Program-made: the position numbers and the translations under genes
The notes under the pieces: model-generated
Told to the model about the DNA's origin: nothing
What the model saw: only the letters and a program-made list of their open reading frames with translations
Database searches by the model: none
Assembly: GCA_963668355.1 (NCBI GenBank)
Contig: OY764265.1
Span: 1,280,001 to 1,344,000 of the forward strand
Origin: Bdellovibrionota bacterium
GTDB taxonomy: Bacteria > Bdellovibrionota_G > JALEGL01 > DATDPG01
DNA length: 64,000 nucleotides
Reading direction: 5' to 3'
Part shown: in pieces, positions 25,236 through 35,309 of the stretch
Layout: each line of letters begins with the position of its first letter
Numbering within the stretch: the stretch's first letter is position 1

Positions 25236-28200
25236 GCAAAGCCGTAGTGGCTACCACGTAATAGAAGCCCGAACTCGCCAGGGCTGAAACGGGAGTCAGG
25301 ATCACTTGCGTACCATCGGTGCTGAAGGAAAGCGTCGTGTTGATTATGTTTCCTTGTCGATCCATGAGGAAGATGCTGGTGGGAATTACCGTGCGCGGAT
25401 CCAATGGTTCACTAAACGTAACCGTAGGGGCAACGGATGTAGAAACACTGGTCGATCCGTCAGAGGGACTCACAGATGAAACCGTGGGGCCTGTTGTATC
25501 GAATGAGGTGATTACCGAATAACCCCCAGCATCGAACGTGCTGCCCAGAGCATTTCCACTATTGCTTTCACAGTTTCCGCCATCGGAATTGATGTGCCGG
25601 TCCTTCACTCCGGTGGTTAAACGAACCGTTCCGGCATTGGCTGAGGAGAGGTTGTTGTAGCAGTTGACCACAGCCCAGGTTCCATCAATGGCCGGAAAGA
25701 CGTTCCAGAAGTTTGGACATAAGGTGTCCCCGTTGCCATAAATCGTAGCGTTTCGACTACGATAGGGCGCTCGTGAAATCGTCATAGAAGTGGACGAATT
25801 AACCGAAACAATGGTTGTGCCTGAGTAAATTCCGCTTCTCGAAGCCGAAATGGTCATACCGGCAAAGAACCCATTCGTAGAAGAAACCGTGACCGTGGTA
25901 CTTCCGCTCGTAAAACTGCCTGATGAGCTTACGGACGCCGCAGGGAAAGTGAAATTGGAACTGCTTAAAGTGGAGCGATCCATGGGTTCACTAAAGAACA
26001 CGGCAAAACTTCCATTTTGCGCAATGGATGATTCTGCAGCCGGTACAATGTGAGAAATGGTGGGTGCGGTCCAATCCGCTTGGGCCGTAAAGGTGGTGGA
26101 GTTATAAGTCGAAGCAAAAGCATTTCCTGCTCGATCCTGGACGCCCACGGAAATGGTGGGTCGATAGGAGGACCCAGCGTTCAAGCTAGATTGGGGAATT
26201 AATCGGATGCTTTGTCCGTCATCCGATAATTCGATGTCCACGGGAACATTTCCCACACCCACTTCATTCAGGGTCACACTCGAACCATTGATTGTGTATT
26301 CCGAGAGGGGTTCCGAAACCTCGATGTCAATGAATGCACAGCGCGAAGCTGTAGATCCATTGGAGGGCGACACACTCACTACGGTAGGGGCCGTAGTGTC
26401 TGCGGTGGCGTTAATCGTGAAGTTGGACGTTTGTGGCGCGGGCATTAAGTTTCCGGAGGTATCTGCTACGGCCCCTGTGGCCGTGATGACGTATTTCGTG
26501 CTGGTGGTTAAGTTGGAACCTGTTTCGTAGGTGATCATCTGAAGCGTGGGGTCGGCTTGCAGAGAAAGACCAAGATGCGTCGGATCCCCAAATTCCGTCA
26601 TATAAAAGTAGTCACCAATGATGGTGCTGACATCAATGGGCTCGTCAAAAATCACAAAAGGAAAGATGCGGTTCCTCACGCCGGTGGCATCTAACATCGG
26701 CCCCACATGAACCAAGTTTGGGCCTGTCGAATCGGAGACAGGCGCCGTGTAAAACACATTCCACGTGTGATATTGCTGATTGGCGCTGCTATAGGCGCCG
26801 ATGTTGAAGTTGCCGGTGTTGGGTAAGGCGTTTCCCGCCAAATCGCGGATACAGGATCCGATCGATATGGCAACGCAATCGTTCGTGGGCATAGCCGCTG
26901 AAGGGGTGAAGGTCGCAATGTCACCTTCGGCATTCAAAACAGTGGTGCCGGAAATTACATAGGGCCTTGGCGTAGGATATCCCGAGGTAACACAGGAGTT
27001 CGTTTCCCAGACCGCGATATTGGGAACGGAGCCCGAGCCACAATCGGTGGCTGTGAGCGAGGACTCCTGGACCGGCTCACTAAAGTAAACATAAAAACTT
27101 GAGTTGGGTGAAATGGTGGTGTTGTCGACAGGTAAAATCGAACGCACATAGGGCGCGGTTAAGTCTTCTCCCGAGGCCCCTGTGTAGAACGCAATCGACT
27201 CAGAAGGAAGTTGGTTTCCAGCAAGATCAGTGATGGTAGTGGGTGACCCACTCGCCACTTGAACATTGCAAGAGTATTCCGTTGAGCTGCTTAAGGTTCC
27301 CGAAGGCTCATAAATTGCCTGAGTGCTATCGACCGAGAACGAAATTGATCCAGGTACGCGCGTCGATCCTTCGCACATGACGAAGTTTCCGCTATCGCAT
27401 GAACCTCCACTTCCCGCATTAAATGTGGATTCATCCAGAGGTTCATTGAATGTCGCGATACATCGAGCGACATTGCCCACGACGGTTTCCTCGTTGGCGG
27501 GTACCCAACTCACCACGCTCGGTGCATTATCGTCATGTTTGACATTGACCACTGCGGCAGGTCCCTGCAAACCACCATCAATATAGTAAACGGAAAGAGT
27601 GTTTTCTTGATTTTGTTGCAGCGAAACTGAAACGTTTTGCGTTGTGGCCGAGCATGCGGCGGACCCTTGAGCGAGTCCTCCATCGACGTACACGGTGCCA
27701 CCTGCTGGGCAATTTGTAACCGTGACGGTAATGGGATTGGAATTGAAATAATCGCCATCCGAGGGAGTGGTCACAGTAGGAGTCGAAGGCAGGGATGCGT
27801 CAGATTGTACCGCCAAGACGTCAAAGTAAAACTCAATGTCGAAGTTTTCTGACAAGGTAAATTGCATGAACTGCACACATCCGGTGTCATCTCCGGGAGC
27901 CATCACACCCCCCGGTACATCGGCTGTGAAATCCCAGCCAGGATAATTTGTTTTATAACCATCAAAAGTTAAGTCCGGAGCCAAACAGTCGTAACGGTTG
28001 TTGCTGTTGGTGTCGTTTGCTGCCAGGGTCATACCGTCGGAAGAATTGCAATCGCCTCCGGAAAGATTGGTGTTTACGGCAGAAACCACACCGGAATCAG
28101 TCCAGTTGAGGCTCCACAAGGTGAAGTAAAACGGAGCAAAGAAGTACGTGTTTTCTGGATAGTAGGTTGGATAAGTATACTCATAGCCGGTTGGATTGGT

Positions 28201-28602
28201 GTTTTCGTCGTAGTTGTCGGGCAGGTTCGATTTGTTTACGAGTTTCGCGTAGAAGGAAAGAACGTGGGTGGTGGGATTATAATCCACGGTGCAGTTGTCG
28301 GGATCAATCAATCCCATGCAATAGTTGGGAGAACCAGGATCATTGTTGCTGTGGTTACGAATGGCGCAGTAGTATGAACCCGCAGAATTCTCATACGTAC
28401 TTAAGGCATTTACGCCAGATGTAAGGGGGGCTCCTGTGTCTCGATCAACTTGTGTGTACGTAACCGTGTTAAGCTCAGTGTCGTAGGAGGCTTTAAAGCT
28501 TCCTACAACTTTGAAATTTTCCGATTGAGAAGTGGAGGAATTGGAGCACGATAAAAGTGCAAAGGGGAGTGCAAATAGCATTACGTTTAGATTTTTAAAC
28601 AC
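25129..28602 (-). CDS. Large Ig-like (Big_5 repeat) lipoprotein, copy 2
   Basis: Lipobox LLS|C; about six DTTAP.V.SV.P..F.EP.D...D.AGN repeats; many paired Cys. Confidence 0.85.
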   Translation of the reverse strand: MFKNLNVMLFALPFALLSCSNSSTSQSENFKVVGSFKASYDTELNTVTYTQVDRDTGAPLTSGVNALSTYENSAGSYYCAIRNHSNNDPGSPNYCMGLIDPDNCTVDYNPTTHVLSFYAKLVNKSNLPDNYDENTNPTGYEYTYPTYYPENTYFFAPFYFTLWSLNWTDSGVVSAVNTNLSGGDCNSSDGMTLAANDTNSNNRYDCLAPDLTFDGYKTNYPGWDFTADVPGGVMAPGDDTGCVQFMQFTLSENFDIEFYFDVLAVQSDASLPSTPTVTTPSDGDYFNSNPITVTVTNCPAGGTVYVDGGLAQGSAACSATTQNVSVSLQQNQENTLSVYYIDGGLQGPAAVVNVKHDDNAPSVVSWVPANEETVVGNVARCIATFNEPLDESTFNAGSGGSCDSGNFVMCEGSTRVPGSISFSVDSTQAIYEPSGTLSSSTEYSCNVQVASGSPTTITDLAGNQLPSESIAFYTGASGEDLTAPYVRSILPVDNTTISPNSSFYVYFSEPVQESSLTATDCGSGSVPNIAVWETNSCVTSGYPTPRPYVISGTTVLNAEGDIATFTPSAAMPTNDCVAISIGSCIRDLAGNALPNTGNFNIGAYSSANQQYHTWNVFYTAPVSDSTGPNLVHVGPMLDATGVRNRIFPFVIFDEPIDVSTIIGDYFYMTEFGDPTHLGLSLQADPTLQMITYETGSNLTTSTKYVITATGAVADTSGNLMPAPQTSNFTINATADTTAPTVVSVSPSNGSTASRCAFIDIEVSEPLSEYTINGSSVTLNEVGVGNVPVDIELSDDGQSIRLIPQSSLNAGSSYRPTISVGVQDRAGNAFASTYNSTTFTAQADWTAPTISHIVPAAESSIAQNGSFAVFFSEPMDRSTLSSSNFTFPAASVSSSGSFTSGSTTVTVSSTNGFFAGMTISASRSGIYSGTTIVSVNSSTSMTISRAPYRSRNATIYGNGDTLCPNFWNVFPAIDGTWAVVNCYNNLSSANAGTVRLTTGVKDRHINSDGGNCESNSGNALGSTFDAGGYSVITSFDTTGPTVSSVSPSDGSTSVSTSVAPTVTFSEPLDPRTVIPTSIFLMDRQGNIINTTLSFSTDGTQVILTPVSALASSGFYYVVATTALRDLGGGNAYDGSGGESIEIPGVLRTCFSTDSTSCP

Positions 28603-28786
28603 ACCTAACTCCTCGGTTCACCAACGTACCGCCACGACCAAGTCGATCAACCTAAATAGATTTAACTACTACCATTATAGCGGATTTTGCGACGAAGTAA
28701 GATAGGGATCCTTGGTTGGCAAAAGTGAGCATCGCATAGATGCGACAAAGGGAAATAAAGTTGTCGCTCAAGACCAAGCGTCAATA

Positions 28787-30385
28787 TCAAGGGGCCGTTG
28801 TCGTAAGGTTCATGTTCAATCCGTCAGAGGCCGTTATTTGAATAGTGTCTCCTTCAGAAGCCCTCAGCGGAACGGAAAAGGCTCCATCTTTGCGTGCTGA
28901 GACGGTGACGGTTGTGTCGGAGACCTCGTTGATTGCTGTGACCTCAGCTTGACCGATGACAGCACCGGGCTCTCCAACAATGTTGCCAAGATTGGGGGTG
29001 AAATTCACAAGGCCTCTAAGTTCTGAAAAGCTCATTCCCGACATGTCCGGAGAATCGAGAAAATTTTGGGCCAATTCGGATACAGCCTCCTCGTCGCGAG
29101 AGGTCGTCAATAGTACATAGTGGGCGATTACGCGTTTTTCCCCAGAGGGAATGGAAAGTGTCTCCCACGTGTAAGTAACTTGAGAAGGTTCACTTCCCGT
29201 TATGCCCGGAGCATTCAGCTTCGAAGGCGCCGTGGAGTTTCCATCGTGGTAGATGAAAATGGCTGTGGGCTTGGTTTGATAAATGTCATACGGAGCCACG
29301 TATCGATCTTCCGTGGAAGGTTCTAGGTTGTCTGTATCAAATGTTAAAAGGGCAGAGTCGCTCGATGTGGTCAGTTGGGCTCCCATCTCAACATGGAGGA
29401 CGCGATCTTCCTCTCCGGAGTTTTCAAAAATTTCAAGATATCGAATGTAATCCTTACCTTGAGGCACGAAGACCTTTCTCGAAATTGAAATCGTTTCGTC
29501 TATCTCTCGAGGTCCACTTTCCTCGGGAATGGGGCCCATTAAGTTCAAAGAATCAAACGAAATCTCCCGAGCATCTTCTAGGTTGTGTGTCCCCGTGGGA
29601 ACCTTTGGAAAGTAGTTGCCTCCAAGAGGAGTCTCGAACACTTCTTCGGCAAGTAGAAGCCACAAGGCGCCTTCTGAGAAAAGTTTTTCCAACGACTCAT
29701 GGTTGTTTGCGCAGAGAGTTCCATCTTCTTCGACATCAAAACGAAATTGATCTCCTTCAAGGAGAAAGAAGGTGGCTCCGATGCCGCAAATATTTGTGTC
29801 GGAATCGAAAGAGGCCTGCGTGATGGTTTGAGACTGCTCCAGTGAATCGGAGGGAAGTGCAGAGACCTGTGCGCCCGAAGCCAAAGCAATTTGCCGGCCA
29901 ACCGTTGTTTTAAGAAAGGATAAAATTCCATCTGAGTCGTCAAGTTCTGGGGGGGAATCTCCTGAAAAAACGATGTCGACAATTTCTCGAATTTCGGACG
30001 CCGTGAAATCGGAAAGTGTTCGTCCTCCTTCCGATGCGGTGATGTCACTGATGAGTTGCACCAAACCTTCCGTATAGGGGTGTACGCGGTAGGAATCCGA
30101 TCCCCCGGCATAGAATCCTCTCAACAAAACACCGTTGGTTTCGGTGGCCATAATGGTTCCGGCATTGGTGTTCGGATCCAGGTTGAACAAAAATAGGCCC
30201 TCAGAACTTGTTGTGCTTGTGTCCAGAATGGTGACTTCTTCTCCCGTGTCGTCCATGGTCGAAAGACGAATAACCTGACCTTCCGGGGAGGTTCCATCAA
30301 ATTGTGTGAATATTCCCGTCCTCGAGTCTGAACAAGCAGAAAGAGCGCCTACGAGCAGGATTAAAGTCAAAAAGAAATGATACAT
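28787..30385 (-). CDS. Surface lipoprotein, partner type, copy 1
   Basis: Lipobox LSA|C; paralog of 23448-25235. Confidence 0.8.
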   Translation of the reverse strand: MYHFFLTLILLVGALSACSDSRTGIFTQFDGTSPEGQVIRLSTMDDTGEEVTILDTSTTSSEGLFLFNLDPNTNAGTIMATETNGVLLRGFYAGGSDSYRVHPYTEGLVQLISDITASEGGRTLSDFTASEIREIVDIVFSGDSPPELDDSDGILSFLKTTVGRQIALASGAQVSALPSDSLEQSQTITQASFDSDTNICGIGATFFLLEGDQFRFDVEEDGTLCANNHESLEKLFSEGALWLLLAEEVFETPLGGNYFPKVPTGTHNLEDAREISFDSLNLMGPIPEESGPREIDETISISRKVFVPQGKDYIRYLEIFENSGEEDRVLHVEMGAQLTTSSDSALLTFDTDNLEPSTEDRYVAPYDIYQTKPTAIFIYHDGNSTAPSKLNAPGITGSEPSQVTYTWETLSIPSGEKRVIAHYVLLTTSRDEEAVSELAQNFLDSPDMSGMSFSELRGLVNFTPNLGNIVGEPGAVIGQAEVTAINEVSDTTVTVSARKDGAFSVPLRASEGDTIQITASDGLNMNLTTTAP

Positions 30386-30404
30386 TCAAAAATCAATCTA
30401 CCTA

Positions 30405-33400
30405 TTACGGAACCGAAAAGGTAGTTCTTAGAACTCCGGGGAAAGAAGTGTTTTCCCCTCCGTCTCCATCATAGGGATTGCCTCCACTCAAGTCTCTTAC
30501 AGCCGTTGTTGCAATAATATAATAGGTTCCCGAAGGTAGCGTTTGATCGGGTGTGATGGTTACTTGAGTCGCATCTGTTGAAAGGCTCAATCGCGCACTA
30601 CGACGATCTCCTTTTTCTCCCATCAGAAAAATAGTGGAAGGGATCATCGTTCGAGGGTCAATGGCCTCATTGAATGTGATGACAGGGGCGATCGACGATG
30701 AAACTCCCGTTGAACCATCGGAGGGAGAAACCGAAGTGATAGTTGGAGAAGTTGTGTCATTATAATTTGAAACGGTGAAGCTTGTAGAATGATTCGACGA
30801 CATACGATTTCCGGAGTCAGCTTCACAGCTTTGGTTGTTAGTGGGGTGATAATAGTCTCGAACATTCGTGTTGACGGACAAAGACCAACCGTATCCGGAA
30901 TTCATTTCATTGATGCAGTTGACCATGGCGATAGTTCCGTCTTTGATAGCATTAATGATGGGGGTGCAATTGTTCATGCTGACGTTGGATGCCGTCAAAG
31001 TGGAGCGGTCCATTTCTTCAGAGAAAAACACAGCAAAGGTTTGGTTTCTAGGCACGTTTCCCCCGGATGGCACAACATGCGTGACGGTGGGTGCCTCGCT
31101 TTCCTGGCAGGCAGTGTAGATCGTGGATTGGTAGGTTGAGGAAAGGACATTCCCGGCTCGATCACGGACGCCATCAATCTCGATGTAGTATCTGCGACGG
31201 TCTCCACCGCACGCTCCTCCGGAGCGAAAAGCATTCACAGGAACGACCCTTACGCTCATGGCATCGTCAGATATTTCTAGAGCGGCCGGTTTTACCTCTG
31301 GCGTGCAAGAGGTTGGGCCCGCCAAATTATAGACGGCAATGTTTCCCGAGGTGATGCTGGTTGTGTCCAAAGGCTCTGAAAACACCACATCAAATGTCGA
31401 ACATTTTGAGATGTAATTTCCACTCGTCCCGCAGCTTCCAGGAGATGAAACCCACTCTTGGTCTGGAGTGACACTCAAGACCATCGGCGGGGTTGTGTCA
31501 GCAGTGGAAGAAACTTCAAAATCGGAGGTTTGTGGAGCGACCATTTGGTTTCCGTCGTAATCAGAAACGGCTCCAGTGGCTGTTTGAACATGTCTGGCGG
31601 TTGTCGTGTCGTTCAACACCGAAGAGGGGTCAATCGTGATGACTTGGCTGGTCGTATCGTATCGAACCTTAGCTCCGAGCGGATCCGGGTAACCAAATTT
31701 GGTAAGGAAAAAATAATCCGAAATGGCTGTAGATGGGTCAATGGTTTCATCGAATACAAAGAAGGGCTCGATGGTTTGTTTAACGTCGGTAGCCGAAGTG
31801 ATGGGTCCTACATGAACGAGCGTCGGCGCTGTGGTGTCAGAGGTTCCCGTGAAAAATACATCATACGTATTGTAAAGGATGTCAGCGTTATAGGCCCCGA
31901 TGCTTCTTTCCCCTCGGGAAGGCAATGTGTTTCCAGCCAGGTCTGCAATGCATGCCGAAATGACAAACCCAAAGCAATAATCATCCTGAAGTGGGTTTGT
32001 GGGTGTGAAGATCGCGTGTTTCCCGTCTGCCGAAAGCGTCGTGGTTCCCGGAACCGTTTGGGCCGTTTGGTAATCGCAACTGTTGAGTTCGAATACCATC
32101 ACATTTGGGATGGAGCCATCCGTACAATTGCTATCGATGACATTCCCGACAATCGTGTCGGCATCAATGGCTTCATTGAATTCAATGGTGAACAAGGTGT
32201 TGGGAGAAATATCTGAGGCATTATCAAAAGGATAAGATCCAACAACGAACGGAGGCGTGGTGTCTTGAAAGTCTGCTGCTGTGCTGACCGTCGTAAATGT
32301 AACGGTTTCCTCGGTAGACAACGGATTTCCAGCCAAATCGGTTAAGCCTGTCGTGGCCTTACAGTTGTGAGAGGAATTTGCATTCAGAGGTTTGTTGTCT
32401 GGTGCGTAGCTGGCCTGGGTGTAGTCTCCGGAGAACTCAATGTCCCCTGAAAGAAAAGTCCCGCCGCGACACATCCGAAACGTACCGTTGGAACAATTTG
32501 TCCCCGAATCAAATGTGGTGTCTAACATGGGCTCGCTGAATGCGAATACACAGTTTGTGTTTCGGTCTACACCGGTTTGAGCATTGTTGGGGTCCGTTCC
32601 CAAAATACTGGGAGCGATATTGTCATGGACGACAGAAACTTGTGCAGAGGGACTCTGTTTGAGCGGGGGAAGATTGACTTGTTGATACACGCTCAGATTG
32701 TTTTCTTGGTTTGGGTTGAGTGGAACAGAAACGCTGTATGAACTCCCACTACAAGAAGTCGTTACGGGATAGGTTCCCGAATCATCTCCGCCTTCGACCA
32801 ACACGGTTCCTCCTGAGGTGCAAGAGCCCGACACAGTCACATTGTCTGTGTTGATGTAGTCTCCGTTTGAAGGTGTGGAAATGGTTGGCGTGGCGGGAAG
32901 GGGGCTTCCATCATCGATGATACCCAAAAGGTCAAACCCCAAATCAAAATAACCATTTTCATTGAGAACAAATTGCATGAATTGTACACAACCCGTGTCT
33001 TCAGACGGTGTCATGTTGGCTGCACTAATGTTAGGAGTTAAGTCCCACCCTGGGTCTCCGTCGTCATCCATGGTCGGGGTTTCATCGGGGTAGATGCAAT
33101 CAAAAAAGCCATTTCCATCCAGATCGTCTTCCACCAAATCCAAACCATTTGATCCACAGTCCGCCCCTGGCAGGCTTGTGTTGACCGTGTTGATTAAGTT
33201 CGAAATGGGAGTTCCATCATTTTCTCGATATCCCCACAAACCCGTAATTCGAAAATGAAAGGGGCCGTAAAACGTTGTGTTGGGGGGATATGTGTCGGTG
33301 TCCGTGTATTCGTACCCGGTTGGATTTGTCGTCTCGTTGTAGTTGTTGGGAAGGTTCGATTTGTTGACCATCCGAATATAAAAAGAAAGAACTTTGGTAA

Positions 33401-33725
33401 CATCGTTGTAATCGGTGGAACAACTATCGGGATCCACAAGCCCCATGCAATAGTTGATCTCTCCGGGACTCTTCGAGTGATCTTTGATTGCGCAATTGAG
33501 AGCGCCGGTAGAATTATTGTAGTCCAAGCCAAACATCGATGAGACATCGATGTTCGAAAATTCTTTGTTGGCGGGATGAATTTCAAGGCTTTTAAATTCG
33601 GCGTCGTAAGATGCAACAAAACTTCCAATCACACCGTAATTGGAGACAGGAGCTTCCGGCGCATTGGCACACGCAGAGATCAAAAAGAGAGACACAACGA
33701 TTGGCCATGTTTTTACTGGTATCAT
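30405..33725 (-). CDS. Large Ig-like (Big_5 repeat) lipoprotein, copy 1
   Basis: Likely start MIPVK at 33725; lipobox ISA|C; N-domain NYCMGL.DPD.C, VNKSNLP.NY.E.TNPTGYEYT shared with copy 2; about six Big_5 repeats. Confidence 0.85.
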   Translation of the reverse strand: MIPVKTWPIVVSLFLISACANAPEAPVSNYGVIGSFVASYDAEFKSLEIHPANKEFSNIDVSSMFGLDYNNSTGALNCAIKDHSKSPGEINYCMGLVDPDSCSTDYNDVTKVLSFYIRMVNKSNLPNNYNETTNPTGYEYTDTDTYPPNTTFYGPFHFRITGLWGYRENDGTPISNLINTVNTSLPGADCGSNGLDLVEDDLDGNGFFDCIYPDETPTMDDDGDPGWDLTPNISAANMTPSEDTGCVQFMQFVLNENGYFDLGFDLLGIIDDGSPLPATPTISTPSNGDYINTDNVTVSGSCTSGGTVLVEGGDDSGTYPVTTSCSGSSYSVSVPLNPNQENNLSVYQQVNLPPLKQSPSAQVSVVHDNIAPSILGTDPNNAQTGVDRNTNCVFAFSEPMLDTTFDSGTNCSNGTFRMCRGGTFLSGDIEFSGDYTQASYAPDNKPLNANSSHNCKATTGLTDLAGNPLSTEETVTFTTVSTAADFQDTTPPFVVGSYPFDNASDISPNTLFTIEFNEAIDADTIVGNVIDSNCTDGSIPNVMVFELNSCDYQTAQTVPGTTTLSADGKHAIFTPTNPLQDDYCFGFVISACIADLAGNTLPSRGERSIGAYNADILYNTYDVFFTGTSDTTAPTLVHVGPITSATDVKQTIEPFFVFDETIDPSTAISDYFFLTKFGYPDPLGAKVRYDTTSQVITIDPSSVLNDTTTARHVQTATGAVSDYDGNQMVAPQTSDFEVSSTADTTPPMVLSVTPDQEWVSSPGSCGTSGNYISKCSTFDVVFSEPLDTTSITSGNIAVYNLAGPTSCTPEVKPAALEISDDAMSVRVVPVNAFRSGGACGGDRRRYYIEIDGVRDRAGNVLSSTYQSTIYTACQESEAPTVTHVVPSGGNVPRNQTFAVFFSEEMDRSTLTASNVSMNNCTPIINAIKDGTIAMVNCINEMNSGYGWSLSVNTNVRDYYHPTNNQSCEADSGNRMSSNHSTSFTVSNYNDTTSPTITSVSPSDGSTGVSSSIAPVITFNEAIDPRTMIPSTIFLMGEKGDRRSARLSLSTDATQVTITPDQTLPSGTYYIIATTAVRDLSGGNPYDGDGGENTSFPGVLRTTFSVP

Positions 33726-33884
33726 AATTTGGAGCTTTGACGGATCTACGTGCGACAAACACAAAGCACGAAAAGACGTCCTCCTATTATAGCCTTTTTC
33801 CCTGACAATGTGTTGAGGAGAAAAGGTTGTCCATTTCTTTCGGTTGAAGCCTAGAAAAAAGCAAAAAAAGTTCCCTTTGTAAGG

Positions 33885-34886
33885 TTAGACAGAAAGCTTG
33901 TTCAATATGAAAGGGGGGAGGGTCTTCAGGTTGTCTGGTGAAATCCTTGGCGTTGTCATGCGGTGGAGTCGGGTTCTTTGGATCAACGCCTTAAACGCGC
34001 GTAGGTGATCTTTGGCCAACGGAGGATAGGCCGGGGCCATGGGATTTTCCCGGATTAAATGCTCCATGAGATGGCAAGGTTTGCATTCGGTTTGGGAAGT
34101 CCTCTCGGGCTCTAGCATGACAATGTCCGTTGGATTCGCATGATCCGCTTTCCATTGGGGATGGTCCTTGAGTTGGAAGCGAACCTTCTTTGTCTCCATC
34201 GAGGGTTCTTTGGCAGAGGAGAGGGATGACGCGAATTCGTGAGAGAGGGAGAGTTCTTGTTCTAAGGGCAAAAGAGTGGGGTTGTCGTTTGAATCCACAG
34301 TTAAAAGCAAATTATCGTCTCCAACCAGTTTCCATCCATTTAGCAGGAAAGAGGCTGCTGTTGTGGACTTTCCGCTTCCTCCGGGTCCTAGAAAAAGGAT
34401 GGACCGTTCGGGACTGGAGACCAACGATCCGTGGAGATAGAAGAGTCCTTTGGTTCTCAGGAGTTCGATGAGGGGAAGAAGAAGAAAGGTACGGGCCGCA
34501 AAATGGGAATCTGTGAAGGTTTCTTCTGACATTCTAAAAAAGGCGTGTGCCTTTTTGTATTCAATCAAGGCGATGGACTTTTCGTCGGTTAGGCGAAGGC
34601 GGTCAGAAATCAATTCCCCCCAAAATGGATGCGATCGAATCCAACGAAGTTCAGGTTTCATGTGTTGAATGCGCCACGGGTTTCCATACACTTCGGAATT
34701 GAAGGTGAAAAAAAGATCGGGGTTTGAAAAAGACTCTGAGACATAAGGGGCCAATCGATCTCTCAGAAGATCAAGCGGGCGAGAAAGTGTGCTTACACAA
34801 CGAAGTTTGATTCCGTGAAAGTTGAAATGTGCGGTTCGAATGGAAGCCCTATCGTTCGGTTGGGAAACCACGCTCTTCCCATTCAT
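33885..34886 (-). CDS. HPr-kinase-like P-loop kinase (RiPP-associated type)
   Basis: LHGSLV, LFLGPGGSGKSTT, GWKLVGDD; likely start ATG 34886. Confidence 0.85.
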   Translation of the reverse strand: MNGKSVVSQPNDRASIRTAHFNFHGIKLRCVSTLSRPLDLLRDRLAPYVSESFSNPDLFFTFNSEVYGNPWRIQHMKPELRWIRSHPFWGELISDRLRLTDEKSIALIEYKKAHAFFRMSEETFTDSHFAARTFLLLPLIELLRTKGLFYLHGSLVSSPERSILFLGPGGSGKSTTAASFLLNGWKLVGDDNLLLTVDSNDNPTLLPLEQELSLSHEFASSLSSAKEPSMETKKVRFQLKDHPQWKADHANPTDIVMLEPERTSQTECKPCHLMEHLIRENPMAPAYPPLAKDHLRAFKALIQRTRLHRMTTPRISPDNLKTLPPFILNKLSV

Positions 34887-35217
34887 GCCATCCCCCCGCC
34901 ATTGAATAGACGCGCTTGTAGCCCATGCGTTGCAAATTGTCTGCAGACAATGCCGTTCGATATCCTCCTCCACAGTAGAGCACGATGAAGGCATTTTTGT
35001 CCGGAATGATTTGTTTGATGTCTCGTTCGAGAATGCCTCGACCGATGTGCGTTGCCCCTCGGATACGTCCCTCCTCCCATTCGAAATCTTCCCGAATATC
35101 GATCAGAAAAAAAGGATCGCCAGCTTGAATTTTTTCCATCACTTGCGTGGTCGAAATTTCCTCAATGCGCGTTTTTGCATCGTTCACGAGGTTTAAGAAT
35201 TCACCAGAATGATCCAT
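34849..35217 (-). CDS. Single-domain rhodanese
   Basis: LIDIRE..EW..GRI.GA.HI, YCGGGYRT, MGY..VYSMAGG; RBS before ATG 35217. Confidence 0.9.
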   Translation of the reverse strand: MDHSGEFLNLVNDAKTRIEEISTTQVMEKIQAGDPFFLIDIREDFEWEEGRIRGATHIGRGILERDIKQIIPDKNAFIVLYCGGGYRTALSADNLQRMGYKRVYSMAGGWHEWEERGFPTER

Positions 35218-35309
35218 AAACTCCCTCTCCTTGGGAATGACTCTACACCGATCAAAGGGTTTTCCCCATGTTCCGCAATTTTTATCTTGGCTAGGTTTGA
35301 ATGGCAAGA

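Noticed and set aside
25129..33725. CRISPR or DNA tandem repeats in the repetitive region
   Set aside because: The repetition is at protein level (diverged Big_5 domains); no identical spaced nucleotide repeats or cas genes were seen.
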